Shown here: positions 50,001 through 63,039 of the stretch, piece after piece
Numbering within the stretch: position 1 is the stretch's first letter
Layout of the letters: each line of letters begins with the position of its first letter
DNA from: Nageia nagi
Lineage: Eukaryota > Plantae > Pinophyta
Length of the DNA stretch: 64,000 nucleotides
Direction: 5' to 3'
Assembly: GCA_050084985.1 (NCBI GenBank)
Contig: JBITNC010000001.1
Span: 98,766,001-98,830,000, forward strand
The notes under the pieces: model-generated
Seen by the model: only the letters and a program-made list of their open reading frames with translations
Told to the model about the DNA's origin: nothing
Databases searched by the model: none
Made by a program: the position numbers and the translations under genes

Positions 50001-52395
50001 TGAGTCCATAATCATCAGCATGATCAAGGCTAGAATTATCAAAGTAAGTGAGGCCAAGGTTATCAAAATGATCGAGGACAAAATCAATGAAGTGACAGAG
50101 AATAGAATTATCAAGGTGATAGACCTAGATATAACAACTTACAAAAGACAAACATAACTTAGAATATAGGCCCAAACAATGGTGGTGTTCCAAATTCGAT
50201 GGTCAATAATAATGGTAGAAATCAAGTGAATAATGTTGATCTATCAGGAATAATTTTACCTAAGTGGTGTAGGCTTCATTCCACAACCTCACATGGGGAA
50301 CCTAATTGTCCTAAATTCAGAGAAACATTGGCTATTGTTCAATAAGAAATCCAAAATATGGAGATTACACCAAATGATGAGCCAAGCACATCTCAAGGTG
50401 GTCCCAATTCAAGTATGTTGATAGAGATATTAAATAAAGAATATGTCTAGAAGAAATATTTGAAGATGAAGTGTACGTGTCAGGACAAATTTTTGAAGAA
50501 GTCCAAGCAACGCAATAGTAGCAAGCACCATAGGGGCCACATGATTTTCGGCCAAGGAATAAAGAAGCTGCAACTTCATCTTGACCTCCCAATAACACGC
50601 AGATTTCACTTGATCCAATTGCATCAAATAACCCTCTACCACCACATGTGCAACAAGTTCAAAAACATTTGCAACATGTACAACCACCTATACAAACTTC
50701 TCGTCAAGCACAGTTTCAACAAGGAGAGACACAACAAAACTTCCAAAAGGTAGTTGAGGAGAAGACAAAATCGAATCCATTGTCCTACAATATCGTTGAG
50801 GATATGAAGAAACAAAGAGCAAATATGACAATGTATGACTCTTTAGATGATGATGGACAACAAGAATCATTGCTCAAAGAGATTAAAAAAAGGAAGCAAA
50901 AATGGGTAACTAGATCCACAAATACACACACAATATCAATCCACAAGAACGAGGAGAAGGATGAAGTACCTCCGTTCTTGCTAACACTCAGAATAGCAGG
51001 CAAAACCCGCATAACTGTATGGTAAATTCTGGAGCTGCAGGAAATGTCATGCCTTATGGCATATGGAAGAGATTAAAGTTGCCACTTATGCAAAACCCTA
51101 AGAGGGTCACTCAACTGGAAAAGACAAAGGTAAAGGTAATAGGAATGATGTTCGAAATACACATTCAAATCGCATCTGAACCTTGTATTCAACAAAATAT
51201 TGATATCTAGGTAGTTGAAAATCTGGATGCATATGGGATGTTGCTCAGCAAAAATTGGTCTAGGAACATGAATGGTTACTTTTCTACAGATTTGTCACAT
51301 TTATGGTTGCCATGGAGAGGAATCGCCAACCAAATAAAGATAAACAATAAACTAAGGCTCAAAGAGATGATCACAGGCTATAGCAATCTGAACGAGATTC
51401 AATTCATTGAAGTAGAAATGGGTGTTCATTCTCTCCAAAAACAAGATGATCCAAATGAAACTAAACATCTTGATATGGAACCCATGAAGATAGAATTTAT
51501 TATGACCAACCTTACAAAAGAAATATCTAAGGCTTACCATCCCAGAAACACTACGAAAGAACAACGATGGGCACTCAAGGTTTATGATTCAAAGTCCAAG
51601 CATCTTTTAGGTAAGGATTTACCATTAACCAGTAATGGTAAACATTCTAAATGCTACTTTCCACCTTGAAACAATTCGTTGTGCTGTACATAATGTAAAT
51701 AGGTTAGCTTGTTTGGTTTAGTTTTTCAATTACAAATATACTTTGGAATTTTGTGTGAATACATTGTGATACTCAAAGTGAATCAAGCTCGTAAATTGAA
51801 ATTGGTTCACTACCAATCGATGGAAATTCGAGTATAAGCTATAGTCACTAGAGCATACCAAGCTCAAGAACTATTTGTTTCGACCCAAAGACTATAGTTG
51901 GAACAAACACTCTAGATGATACTATCAAATTATTTGATGAAACAAGAGTTGACATTGGTACCTTGCCAATCGGTGAAAACGCATGAATAAGAGACTATCT
52001 GAAGTCATTGATGATAGATAAAGGATATAGAATGAGAGTGCAATCAATAAGCCTCACGCTATTAGTGAAGCACAAACAAAGGAATTTAAACTTCAAGCTA
52101 CTGTCTAACTGTGGTGAGGGAAGAGAAAGACAAGGGCATTTGAAATGATTTTGCAACACCATTGTGATCTATCTTGTGAGCTAGGAAATAAGGCCATAGT
52201 TATGTCTCCAGAACTTAGACCATAATGAAGGTGTCCTGATGGTTATTCAAATAACTAGTGAGAGTTAACTCACTATAACGCATACCAACAGTACAATTGT
52301 TAGTATGCTAATATTGGCTTATACTCCAATGAAAGATGCATATCACTGTGTATCCCTTTATATATCAATTTTTGTTTTTGTTTTTATTTTGCTAT
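50000..52395 (+). mobile_element. Tat internal region: gag C-terminus, protease, start of aRH, then 3' UTR (RT-RH-INT absent)
   Basis: DEVPPFLLTLRI, VNSGAAGNVMPY, YGMLLSKNW, LWLPWRG and WALKVYDSKSK. The 3' UTR GGTGTCCTGATGGTTATTC...GAGAGTTAACTCACT matches 22195-22260 on the minus strand. Confidence 0.85.
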
Positions 52396-55300
52396 TGTTA
52401 CTCTTGCGCAACACACCCCAAAATACAAGATTTTGGGGACCCTATTTTTGCAAATGCAATAAAGTAAATTGACTAAAGAATGGTCTCTGGTGACATGATA
52501 GTTGATTCTGATGTAGTTTAAAAGATGATATCAAGGAACGATGCATGAAGATTACTTGTTGGAGTTCCTAAGATTATTTAGAGCATTTAGTCACCAGTTT
52601 TGGAGCCAAGGAGCCAGGATTTGAGCAACACCATAGAATACAAGTTTTTTTGTGTCTTGAAAAGGCCTATTGAAATGAGTTTATTTTTCAAATTTGACGA
52701 AGTAGAAAATTGAAGATGCCAAGCTGTGAAAGATGAAAAATCAAGTATTTTTAAACATGGAACTTCTTAGAAACAATCAAAATTGCGAAATCTACGACAA
52801 GGGGGGAGTTTTGGAGCTTTGATGATATCAAAGCTAGGAAAAATGCTCCTAGAGGGAATTTCACCAAGTTTGAGCTTTGCCAGAGTAGGATTCAGAGGAC
52901 ATGAGCGAGTGAAGGACATCATTTCAGGCATCTTTGGGCTTGGAAATTTTGAAATTCGTCAAATTTTGCTCCCTTGAAAGTCTAGGCACAAGTTTTCTAG
53001 GTTTGATGAGGTCAAAGATGGAAAAATGGCACCTAGGGTCAATATGCCTTATTTTGATCTTCACCAAATTCAAACTACGAAGGCATGGGGTCATGAAGGG
53101 TACCAAAACAAGCAAGTTTAGGCTTGGAAATTTAGGAATTTGTCAATGTTCACTCCCTCTCACACCTAGGTGCACATTTTCATGGTTTCATGGTGTTGAA
53201 AGGGAAAAATATGCGCCTAGCATGAAAACACATCTTTTGAGAAAATTTTGAATGCAATTTTGATGACATGGCATGATGAAGAAGGGAAACCAAGCGCTTT
53301 TGCTCTTGGAAATTTGAAAAAAGGCCAAAAATTATGTCCATGAGAGCTAGGCGCAAGTTTTGGGGCTTTGATGTCACCAAAGCTAGAAAACATGCACATA
53401 GGCCATAAGCACTCAAATTCAACATTTTTTTGGAAATATATTTTGAAGACCCAAGGTTGTGAAGCATCAAATTATAAACACATTTGGCCTTAGAAGCATC
53501 CATGAAGGATCAAAATTGCTCACTCAAGAGGTAGGCACACATTTTGAGGGTTTGAGGTGATCAAAAGGGAAAAACATGCGTCTAGAGCATGAAGACACCA
53601 TTTTGGCTGAAATTTTGAATTGATTTTTGAAGATACATGCATATGGAGGGTCAAAATTCATACATATTTGCTCTTGAAATTTTGCAAAATGACCAAGAAA
53701 TACTCCTCCCAAGACAAGGTGCACATTTCAAGGCTTTAACATCATCAAACAAGGAAAAATGGCACCTAGAGGCAAAATCCTCAATTTTGGCCAAAAATCA
53801 AAATCATTTTTTAAGACATGGGGTATGCACAATCAAATTTCAAACATGTTGCTTTGGGAATTTTCAAAATGGGTCAAAGTCACATCTCCTAGAGTGATGA
53901 ACATTTTTTTGGAGTTTGGTATCATCAAAGAGAAAAAGTATGTGCCTAGGGCAAAAATAGACCCATTTGGCCAAAAATCAAATTTTTTTTTAGAATCATG
54001 GAGTCATACTTAATGAGATTTCAAACATGTTGACCAAGGAAGTGATGGAAAATGACCAAAAATCCACATTCCAAGCGTAGGCGTATTTATTAGGAGTTTG
54101 AGGCCATCAAAAGAGAAAAACATGCACCTAAGGCGGAGTAGGACTACCTAGCATGCAAAATGCACCTTGGAAAGTGATCAATTGAGGCTAACAAGCACAC
54201 AAAACGCACCAAAAGCACATTTGAGCACCAAACTTGAGCACGAAACCTAATTTTGCAACAAGGTGCTCAAAATCTCAAAAATTGATTCCAAGGCCCAAAA
54301 TTCCTCAAATTGATCCAAAATACCTTCAAGATCTATTGCCTATCCATCCATGGCCATATTGTATCAATCTGGTAACTTTTTTAAAAATTTTCCAAAATAA
54401 CCCCCCCACCCACCTCATTTTCGAAAATTTAGACCAAAAATCTACTTTTTGAAAAATCCTCACCAAATTGCTTGGAAGTTTGCCAAGAACACTCAAATGA
54501 TGGTTGAATCCATATTTGAGGAAATTTGGTATTTAAATATGGTGGAAGAAATCTAGAACACTCTCAAGATCCATTGAAGAAGGCTCAATTTTCTATGTAT
54601 TTGGCTTATATGGTTGATGGGATGAGTTTTTGCTCCCACAACTCGAAATATAATTTTAATTTCAGTTTTGCATTTCAATTTGAATGAGGTCAAAATTAGG
54701 GAAACACTAGATTGCTCTCCAAAAAAAGTCTATAAATAGACCCAAGGGGGTCTCATTTGTGGCAGAATGTTTCATAGCAAAATTTGTGAAAAAGAAGCAA
54801 ATTGATGTATCCTTGCAATCTTTTGAACATATTAATACAAAGTGGTGAACTACTTGAAACAAAGAGAATTGTCGTTTGCAAGATTATGGATTTGATCTTT
54901 AGAGCTTTCTTGAGTGATTTGGATTCTTTCATATCCCTTCCTTGAAAATTTTCAAATTTTAGGAAAACTTCTTTTTAAAGTTCTCAAATAATTCTTAGAT
55001 TGTTGCTAATCCATAATTTGCACGTTAAGTGAGCATAATCTGAAATTTCTTTCATTCTGTGCCATCTAGTTAGACCTTTCATTCGAAATGAAGTTCATGT
55101 GCGCACATGTTGTGTTAAGTTTTTCTTTTGATTGCTTAGGTGTATCGATAATCAGCTCTGCCCCTTGCTCTTGTAAATAAATTGGACTTAGGTCATTTTA
55201 CTTTCAAGTTGGAAGACTTCGAAAAAAATCTCTTAGCCGATTCGGAAAGTAAGAAATCTTAGACAATGCTTCACTGTGACATTTCTTTTGTAATCTAACC

Positions 55301-55625
55301 AGTATTGCATCATTCTCTACTTTTCTTTTCTTTATTTTTTACTTTCTTTAAAATCCAAAACAACTATCGAGCTTTGCATATAAACACCTCAGTCCCTATG
55401 AAAAACGTGAGTTAACAACTATTACCTCTATTACACCACTGATCTGATTCCCGAATAAGAGTTACTACAAATCAAACATATTTCCATTTTGCTATTTCAA
55501 AACCTTGGGGTCTTAGTCCTTATAAGAGGAGATAAGTAACGCTATCTCACCTAATGCTAGGTTGCTTTCCCATTTGATCACCTACGGTGATGCACATTGT
55601 AAGAGGAAAGATTTCCTTCCCAACA
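52396..55625 (+). mobile_element. Tat-family 3' LTR (3.2 kb) lacking the accessory ORF
   Basis: Starts TGTTACTCTTGCGCAACACACCCCAAAAT, ends GATTTCCTTCCCAACA; ~183-bp array at 52980-54135; CTATAAATAGACCC at 54730. Confidence 0.85.
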
Positions 55626-56499
55626 AACTGCTACCCTTGAGATTTGGCATTGCTCAAAGGGTTTCTATTGAAGACTGCTAGAGGAGCCTTGGAGCTTCCA
55701 CACTATTGTTGCTGAAAATCTCCATCAGAGAGGTCACTTTGAAGACTTGATTAAGAGGCCTTGGTGCTTCTTTCTTAAAGGAATCATGGACGTCGCACCT
55801 AGGGCATCCTTGCTCTAGTTTCTTAGGCATTTGATTGATTCTTCCTTACAATATCAAGAGGTTTACATTTTGTGGCTCTATTAAATATTTAATTTTGAGT
55901 ATTTTCATGAGATCTTGCCTTGGCTAGCTAGACATTGCATATATTTGAGGGTTTGTGTTGAGATCTTGCACTTGTGATTGGATGTTGGCATTTTTGAGGT
56001 GTCATGACATTGAGATCTCACCCTAGAGGGGTTCATGCCTCTCCTAGGGATAATTTTGTGCATTTTAAATGGTCAAGTGCTCTTGTTGGTGAATTGTCCT
56101 ATTTTCCTGGTAATTTTATGAGCATTTTGGGTATTTAAGTGCATGAATGGACATGATGGCTTTATGAAAATTTTATGGTGAATTTTAATATTTTATTTAA
56201 GCCCAATTTGTGCAATTTCAAATGAGCCCTAGTTCGGCTCATTACAATAGGTCACAACAAGACCAATATGTGGAGCTTCGCATGTGTGCTTAACCAGATG
56301 GACCTCCACCAGCTTCTTAACTCCTCCTTGGGCCCCACGAACCCCTTGAGAAGCTCCAACACACCCTAACTCCTTGAAATGCCAAGACTCTTCCAAATTA
56401 AAACACATCCCTCCTGGGTGTGGGATGCACCCCTCCAAATAGGGCATATCATCTTCAAAACATATTTAATGAGATAGGTGCAAAAATTGGGATATTACA
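55626..56499. mobile_element. Fragments of TGTAAT...ATTACA-type LTRs
   Basis: Two ...ATTACA termini at 56246 and 56499; partner termini not found. Confidence 0.45.
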
Positions 56500-59069
56500 T
56501 TGTTGTAGTTTGTTTCTGTTTTTTATTGGTGTCCTATTTTCTATGAATAGATTGAGAAATTAGGTGGAAAGCACGACTTCCACAAACAGTACTTTAAAAC
56601 TCTATATATTGAGCCTAATGCTCATTGGAAACCATTTGCAGTTGTCTGGTCTGTTTCGTTCTCAGCATTGTGCACTGCCTGTCTTGCTCTTGATGATTTT
56701 TCAGTTTTTTGAAGCTTTTTTTAGGTACTCTTGCAATTGAGAGTTGAAGTTTTTTGTGATGATGTTTGAAGTTTATTAGTAGTTTTGATTGCCTATTTCC
56801 TCAAAAAAACGTTTTCTGAAGGCCCTCTCGCAATTGGGTGGGACTAGTGGTACATAACCCATTTGATGAAGTCGGGCTATTGTGCATTTGTTTTCTGTCC
56901 AAAGATAACATTGTTTGTGTCACAATAACAGAACTGTTGAAGCCTGTATGTAGCTCCAAACTTATTGGAATTTGGATTGAATTTTTCCTCTGATGTACTC
57001 ATCCCTAAACTTTTAGCTTATTTGGATCCATGGTTTTGAAAATACTACAAGTCTGTTACATGCACTTAGTTTTTACCCCTTTCTATAAAAATGTGATTTC
57101 TACCTCCGCACAGCTCATATTTATCTGAAAATTGAATACTCTTCACTCAAGGGCACACTAACACCTAAAATTTCAGCTGAAAATGATTTTAGCAGGTTGA
57201 GGTTTGATTGATTAAGTTTGTAAGACATTCTTAGTGAAAGTGAGCTGCCTTTTTGGTACGTGTTTTATAGTTGTATTAAAAACATTTTGTTGTATAAAAA
57301 GGCATACAGCCCTTAGACCACTATAATGCTTAAAAAGCTTAATATGTATGCATTAGTGACTTTTCCTTCTGATCTACTAGTTAGTGCTTATGATGTACCT
57401 CATGATTCAAACAATCCTTCCTGTTTGATCATGGATAATCAGGATTTCTCTCTTTAGTAGTTACTAGTTACTAGTTATCCACCTTTTGAAACCATGGTGG
57501 GTACTTAGATATATCTTGCAATTCTTTTGCACAATTTGTTCCTTGAGACTGTTGACACTCTGGGTTTGTGTTTGTTGTAGTTTAATGTGTCTGCAAGTAC
57601 TTGTCACTAAATTCACTTTAGGTTTGGTACTCCAGATTTATATCTTCATTTTCATGGCACCTCAGTTATGGTTTCCTTGGCTTTATGTACTTGTAGTAAC
57701 ATTTTTTGCACTTAATTACCCTTCAGACTCATAACGACTTTGGGTTGATGTTGTACCTGTAGTTCTTTTGGTACTTCACAGTTTGGAATATCATCCTTGA
57801 ATGCTTCTATTGTTGGGTAGGAATTATGGGGAGCCTTTGTTTCTAAAGTATCCTTTAGCATGTCTCTGTAATATTGTTGAATTATTATTATTGTAATATT
57901 CAAGAAATAGGGTTAGAAGAAGACAACAAGGATAGAGCCAAAAAATCAGTAAATGACTTATGCTGGTTGTAGTTTATTTCTATTGAATAGTAAGATTAGA
58001 ATAAGGCAATAAAGATAAATCCAAAGAAACACCTTATGGCTTATGTTTGTTGTAGTTTGTTTCTATTCTTTTGCATGTCTTGTTTTCTATTGATATTTGA
58101 GAAATTACCTGGAAAACATGATTTCAACAAATCATACTTTTTAACTTTATATATTGACCTTATGTTCATAAGGAACCATTCAAACTTTCATTTTCATCAT
58201 CATCTTGGCTTTGTGTCACTCTTGGAGTTCCATATCAATATCTCTCTCGATATATGCCAGATTTTGACATACAATGACTCATTGCTGAGCTGTTGAAGTC
58301 TAATTTAAGATGATTCATAAATCTCTCGATTTCAATCTCTCTAAAACAGAGCAGCCTTTTTAATATATTTTTTCTAAGAACCTCATAATAAGTTTTGTGC
58401 ATGTTGAGAATTGTACCAACGGCAGTTTGGCAGCCAACTTGAAAAGGTAGTATCTCGTTCAATAATATTTGAATTCATTATTATAACACATTTTCATATG
58501 GAACTATAAAGTTACATCTGATGGCATAAGAATCACTTCAATTTTATGCTTTTGTTGAAAAATACTCCTTTATGAAAGATGTTGGAAAATCAGGGTAGCT
58601 CTTCACCACGTAGAAGATTACAACTCCAAAAGCACATGTAATAACACTACAAGCGTAAGAGAATCAATAACATAGCACTATAAAATTATAAATATGAAGT
58701 TATAAATATGAAGACACATGCTCCAATAATGGCCACTGAGTCTAAATAATTTGAAGAAGGGGATTTTCACTAAGAAGTTGTTCCTCATTGTGGTATTATA
58801 ACATAAGATGTGAGACTTAGAACCACAGGATGATCAGTGATTCACATTTGATATAATCCTTAGATCCACTCTTGCTTATCAAGGTATCAAATGAGGATAC
58901 TTGTATGTACTATCTCTTATTTTGAAGTTATATAAAAAGCAGGACTAGGGTTAAACAATGCTTAGGCTAAATTACACAACAAGTGGGAACTCTGGTCCTT
59001 GGTTTAGATAACAATTGTAGGCAAATAAGGCACGCTTTGAACATTACAACTATAAAAATTAGAATATTG

Positions 59070-59692
59070 CAAGGTTCCACGGTGAGTCGGGAGCGGCGGA
59101 GTGCGCTTTGGAAGTCCAAAGCGGCGGAGGGTCATTTTTAGGGAGCAGCTTCAATTCGGCAGGCGGAGTGGCTAGTAGAAAATCCCTAGGATTTTTAAAT
59201 TTTTTCATGTTCATTGTTTCTAATTCATTTTTAATTTTTTACTATCAAATATAAATCAAATATGAATTTAAATTACAAAACATAATGATAATATCATAAT
59301 ATTAATCAAGTACGAATCTGAAAGGCAAAAATGAGGAATCAAAACAAGCCATAATGTCATTAAATTACAAACAAGTTTGAATCAGTGTAGTACATAATGT
59401 CATAATATCAAAATGAGTCATAATGTCATAGTAGCAAAATGCCAAAGGCCCAAAATAGCAAAACCATAACTATCAAGTATCCAACTATGTTTTTTATTTT
59501 AAGTTTTGACCTTTTTTTTTAAAAGTTCATGTGCAGTTTTTTTTAGTGCTCCTAGAGCTTCTCAGCCGCTCTTGGAGCCACTCTGGCAGTGCTTCGGAAG
59601 GCAGGAGCCTGAGCCCGATCCGCTCCGGCCAATCTAGAGCATCGGGAGCCGCTCTGGTCGGAGCAGCCAAAGCACGCTCCGATGGACCCTTG
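59070..59692. mobile_element. hAT-type MITE (623 bp), young
   Basis: TIRs CAAGGTTCCA / TGGACCCTTG; perfect 8-bp TSD GAATATTG; CpG-rich subterminal GGAGCGG/CCGCTC repeats. Confidence 0.93.
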
Positions 59693-60171
59693 GAATATTG
59701 TAACAATAAATGGTTGATGGATTTTGTAATTCCTTTTTCAAAATCACCTAATAGAAGTTGAGATATGAATGTCTTGAAATAAACATTGCAAAGCCTTATA
59801 AGGTGAAATTTGTGACAAGCTAAAACTATATTGTTAAACATATATCCTTCTAAGAGATTTTCCTTTGGATTCTTGTACAAGGCCTTTAAAATCTCAACAA
59901 GTCGTAGGTACGTAAATGTGTTGTAGCTTGTACTTTACCAGATGTAAAATTTTATGGTAGAATGTTAATGCTGGAATTTGCTATTTAGGTTTTTGTATTA
60001 GGTGTTGTGCATTAAGACTTCTCCAATTAGACTCAGAAATATTTACTATTTTAATAATGACTTTTTCTTGCAGGAAATTAGTTTACTTGTATTTATTGAA
60101 AAAGAATAGTTATTGTTCTTGTGTTGATTTCAAGGATGCCTAGGAACTTATTCTTTGATTGTATTCTGCAG

Positions 60172-60223
60172 GGGACCTTTACTATGGTCAACAGAATTAT
60201 GGCTATATCCAGGCATTTATGAG
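60172..60223 (+). CDS. PTST3: PTST3-like exon, CBM48 (GPLLWSTELWLYPGIYE)
   Basis: TGCAG/GTCTCT boundaries; phase matches the 40451 donor (AG+G = Arg). WST.LWLYPG.YE is the PTST3-type motif as I recall it. The expected final IKFIVDG.W exon is not in the window. Confidence 0.95.
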
Positions 60224-63039
60224 GTCTCTCTTCTATCCTTGTATTAATACACCAATTTCCATAGGCTTATATGGTTGTAAATGCATTCAAAACATGTACG
60301 TCTATGAACGTTCACATAGGAATAAGGAGATTATATTCATGCATAAGTTTTAACATCCATTCATGCCCTCAAACTCATTTATGTGGAAGAGATTAACTTA
60401 AGTCTGTCTTTAGGATGTTAATATTTTTATTTCCATCATGAATTGCCTTAGTACAACAGTATTTTCTACTAGAGAAAATTTTATCATATGTGACCTATTT
60501 GTTAAGTTTTGATTTCTATATTCTCTCTTATATTCATCTTATTAATTTATTACATGCATATTTTGTTCCATCTCACTATCCTTTGGTGGCACTTGAAGGA
60601 TCATTGCCACAAAGGACTTGACTATTGCACCTCCATGACCTTGAAGAGGATGGCATTCATATGATGTCGTATGTTGAGACACACACATGTATGTATGTAT
60701 GTTTGGTTGTGCTCTTTCACACTTCTCTAATTTTCTTGAATTATTTTTCTAGGTATAGTGGAAACAACATCATCAAAAGTAAAGCCATCTCAAGACTGAC
60801 TTAGAAATAAGATGGATAATACTTAGCACCTTAACAAGTTGTGTTCTCTATTTTTTTTTTTGCGTTTTAACTACAACCGTATGCTTATTGGCATTCTCAA
60901 CGATGTGTTCATCCTAAAAGCATGCATGCATATTTTGAAAACAAAATGTACTTTACTATTGTGTGTGTGAGCCCAAATGAAAGAGGACCTCTTCTAAATT
61001 GAGATGAACATGCTCATCTCATGTAAGCTAGTTGTATGAGATACCACAAAGAGAAGGTAAGATATAAATTGCAAGTGACAAAGAAGTTGCATTATAAAAG
61101 ATCTTTTCCTTAGAGTATAACATAATAACTAAACAAGAATGTTTCAAAGTAGTTCACATTGACCAAAGTGTTGATGATCATCAAAATTTATCTAAGAGGC
61201 CTAAAGAACTGGTGGTCATCCTTCAAGAAACCACTGAAAAAGACATTTTCCAAAGTTTTATTGAGATTGAGTTGGATATTACAATTGAAAATAGATTGAC
61301 TATGTTCTTCAAATGTTATTGCTTTCAAATTTACGCCTTTCCTTCTTGCTCCCCAACTTTCTACCTACCTTACAATAATTCATTTCGATACACAATACCT
61401 CGTGTAGACAAATAAAATGATTTATAGCAATAATAAAGCACAATTGTTTGACTACAATTGATATTAGAAGATGACTTAGTGATATATGATTGAAGGGGTG
61501 TAATATGACAACTATGAACAAACTAGGGCACACAAGATCTAACAATCAAACACCAAAATCCTAGATCTAGCATATATGAAATTGAAACACGGAATGTGAT
61601 ACTTTGTGCACTTGTTTAACGAGTTCTAACACCTTGAAACTTGCTACCAAGTCCTTCCAAAAAAGTATCTAAAAACTCGATGGTTTTAGGGGGTTGATGG
61701 TTGTTCCATATTTTGCAAGGGTGGGGTCAACCTTGATGATGATCAGTGTCTTCCCTTTGTGTTAATGTCCAAAACCAAATTTGAATTGAAAGAATAGCTC
61801 AAATCATGCATGAAATATTTGTAATGGAGAAACAAAGGCCACAAGAGGCTCGAAAACTGAAATGCAAATTTTGATGGCTAAGTATCTTGTAGAAATGGGC
61901 TGAGGTTGGCCCTATTTTTGAGGGTTTTTGAAGATTTGAATATTGCAGGGTTTGTCTAATGAGTTCATGTTCTTTGCATCGTAATCTGATGACTCTGGTT
62001 CGGCTTAAAACTTGTTGTTTTGTCACAAAAGGCTTTCCAATGTGCTACAAAGAATAGCAATGAATTTCTTAATATCTGAACTTTTCAATGATGATCTTCA
62101 AGGGTTTAGAAGCATGGCAAAAAGAAGGATCTTAGTTTGTTTCAAAGAGAATAGTTGATCATAAAGAGAGTTAATGAAATGAATTGACCTTCTCCTTTTA
62201 TATCTTGCAAAAGAAATAAAACAAAAACACATTAGGTGTCTACACATTGACCAATTATTAGTTCATGTAACCCGACTTTTGAGTGATCAAAATTTTGTCC
62301 TTCACAATAATTACAACTAAATTTATCTTTATATTAAGTGCTTTATGGGAGGCAACTCTTGATTCTTCATATACCCTTCATCACTCCAAACTGATGCACA
62401 CCTTATGTTTGAGCCCTATGAATACTTGGTGTCAAGAAGAATGTAAAACATTAGATCGAAGACTTTGTTTTGTTTTATCTCATGACCCTACATCCATCCC
62501 ATAAATTCACAAAGAACATTGTTGTCTCCTTTGATGGAAGAAATAAGACATTATTTCCTCTAGATGCTATGAGCTTCTTGATCCACTTATCTCCTTGAAA
62601 ACCTTGTGGTGTGGCATGCTTATTAGGAAAAGTGTCTCACTCAACTGCAATCTTGTGTGTTGTATGCCAAATCCCTTTATGACATTACAAAACAGCCCAC
62701 CACACATGTTTTCTCTCCCACATCTTGTTATTTCTTCCTTGTAGGGCATTATTAGAAGAATTATATGGAAAGTGTAGTACGACAACTAATTTTGAGGAAT
62801 CCAAGTTGAGTTTACAATATTTGGCATTGATTCGTGTATCAATCCAATGATAAATTTGTTCAATGATGTTGTTAGCATCGATGTCCCTGACTCTTAGTCC
62901 TAGGGTATTAGTCATTCCTAAATTCGGGGACGACTTGAATCCTAATAACTTTACATAACTGGGGTGATTGGACACATTTTGCTAAGTTTTATGCCATGGT
63001 GTTGTATATGAAGCATTTTGATTATTTGGAGTATGATAG

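Noticed and set aside
59527-59880. ORFs over a GC-rich patch
   Set aside because: They arise from the GC-rich end of the hAT MITE.
60074-60171. Alternative upstream acceptor (TTTTCTTGCAG)
   Set aside because: Would introduce an in-frame TAG before the conserved exon; no evidence of use.
40327-60223. SnRK1 beta subunit, PTST1 or PTST2/FLO6 identity
   Set aside because: The CBM48 follows a coiled coil, and the GSFNGW and WST.LWLYPG motifs fit PTST3 better than the GSFDGW-type PTST1/PTST2 as I recall them.
60753-60804. Final PTST3-like exon after the TTTTTCTAG acceptor
   Set aside because: Reads GTA TAG (immediate stop) and lacks the expected IKFIVDG.W motif.
60960-62950. LTR- or LINE-like remnants
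   Set aside because: No termini, TSD or clear protein motifs could be established.
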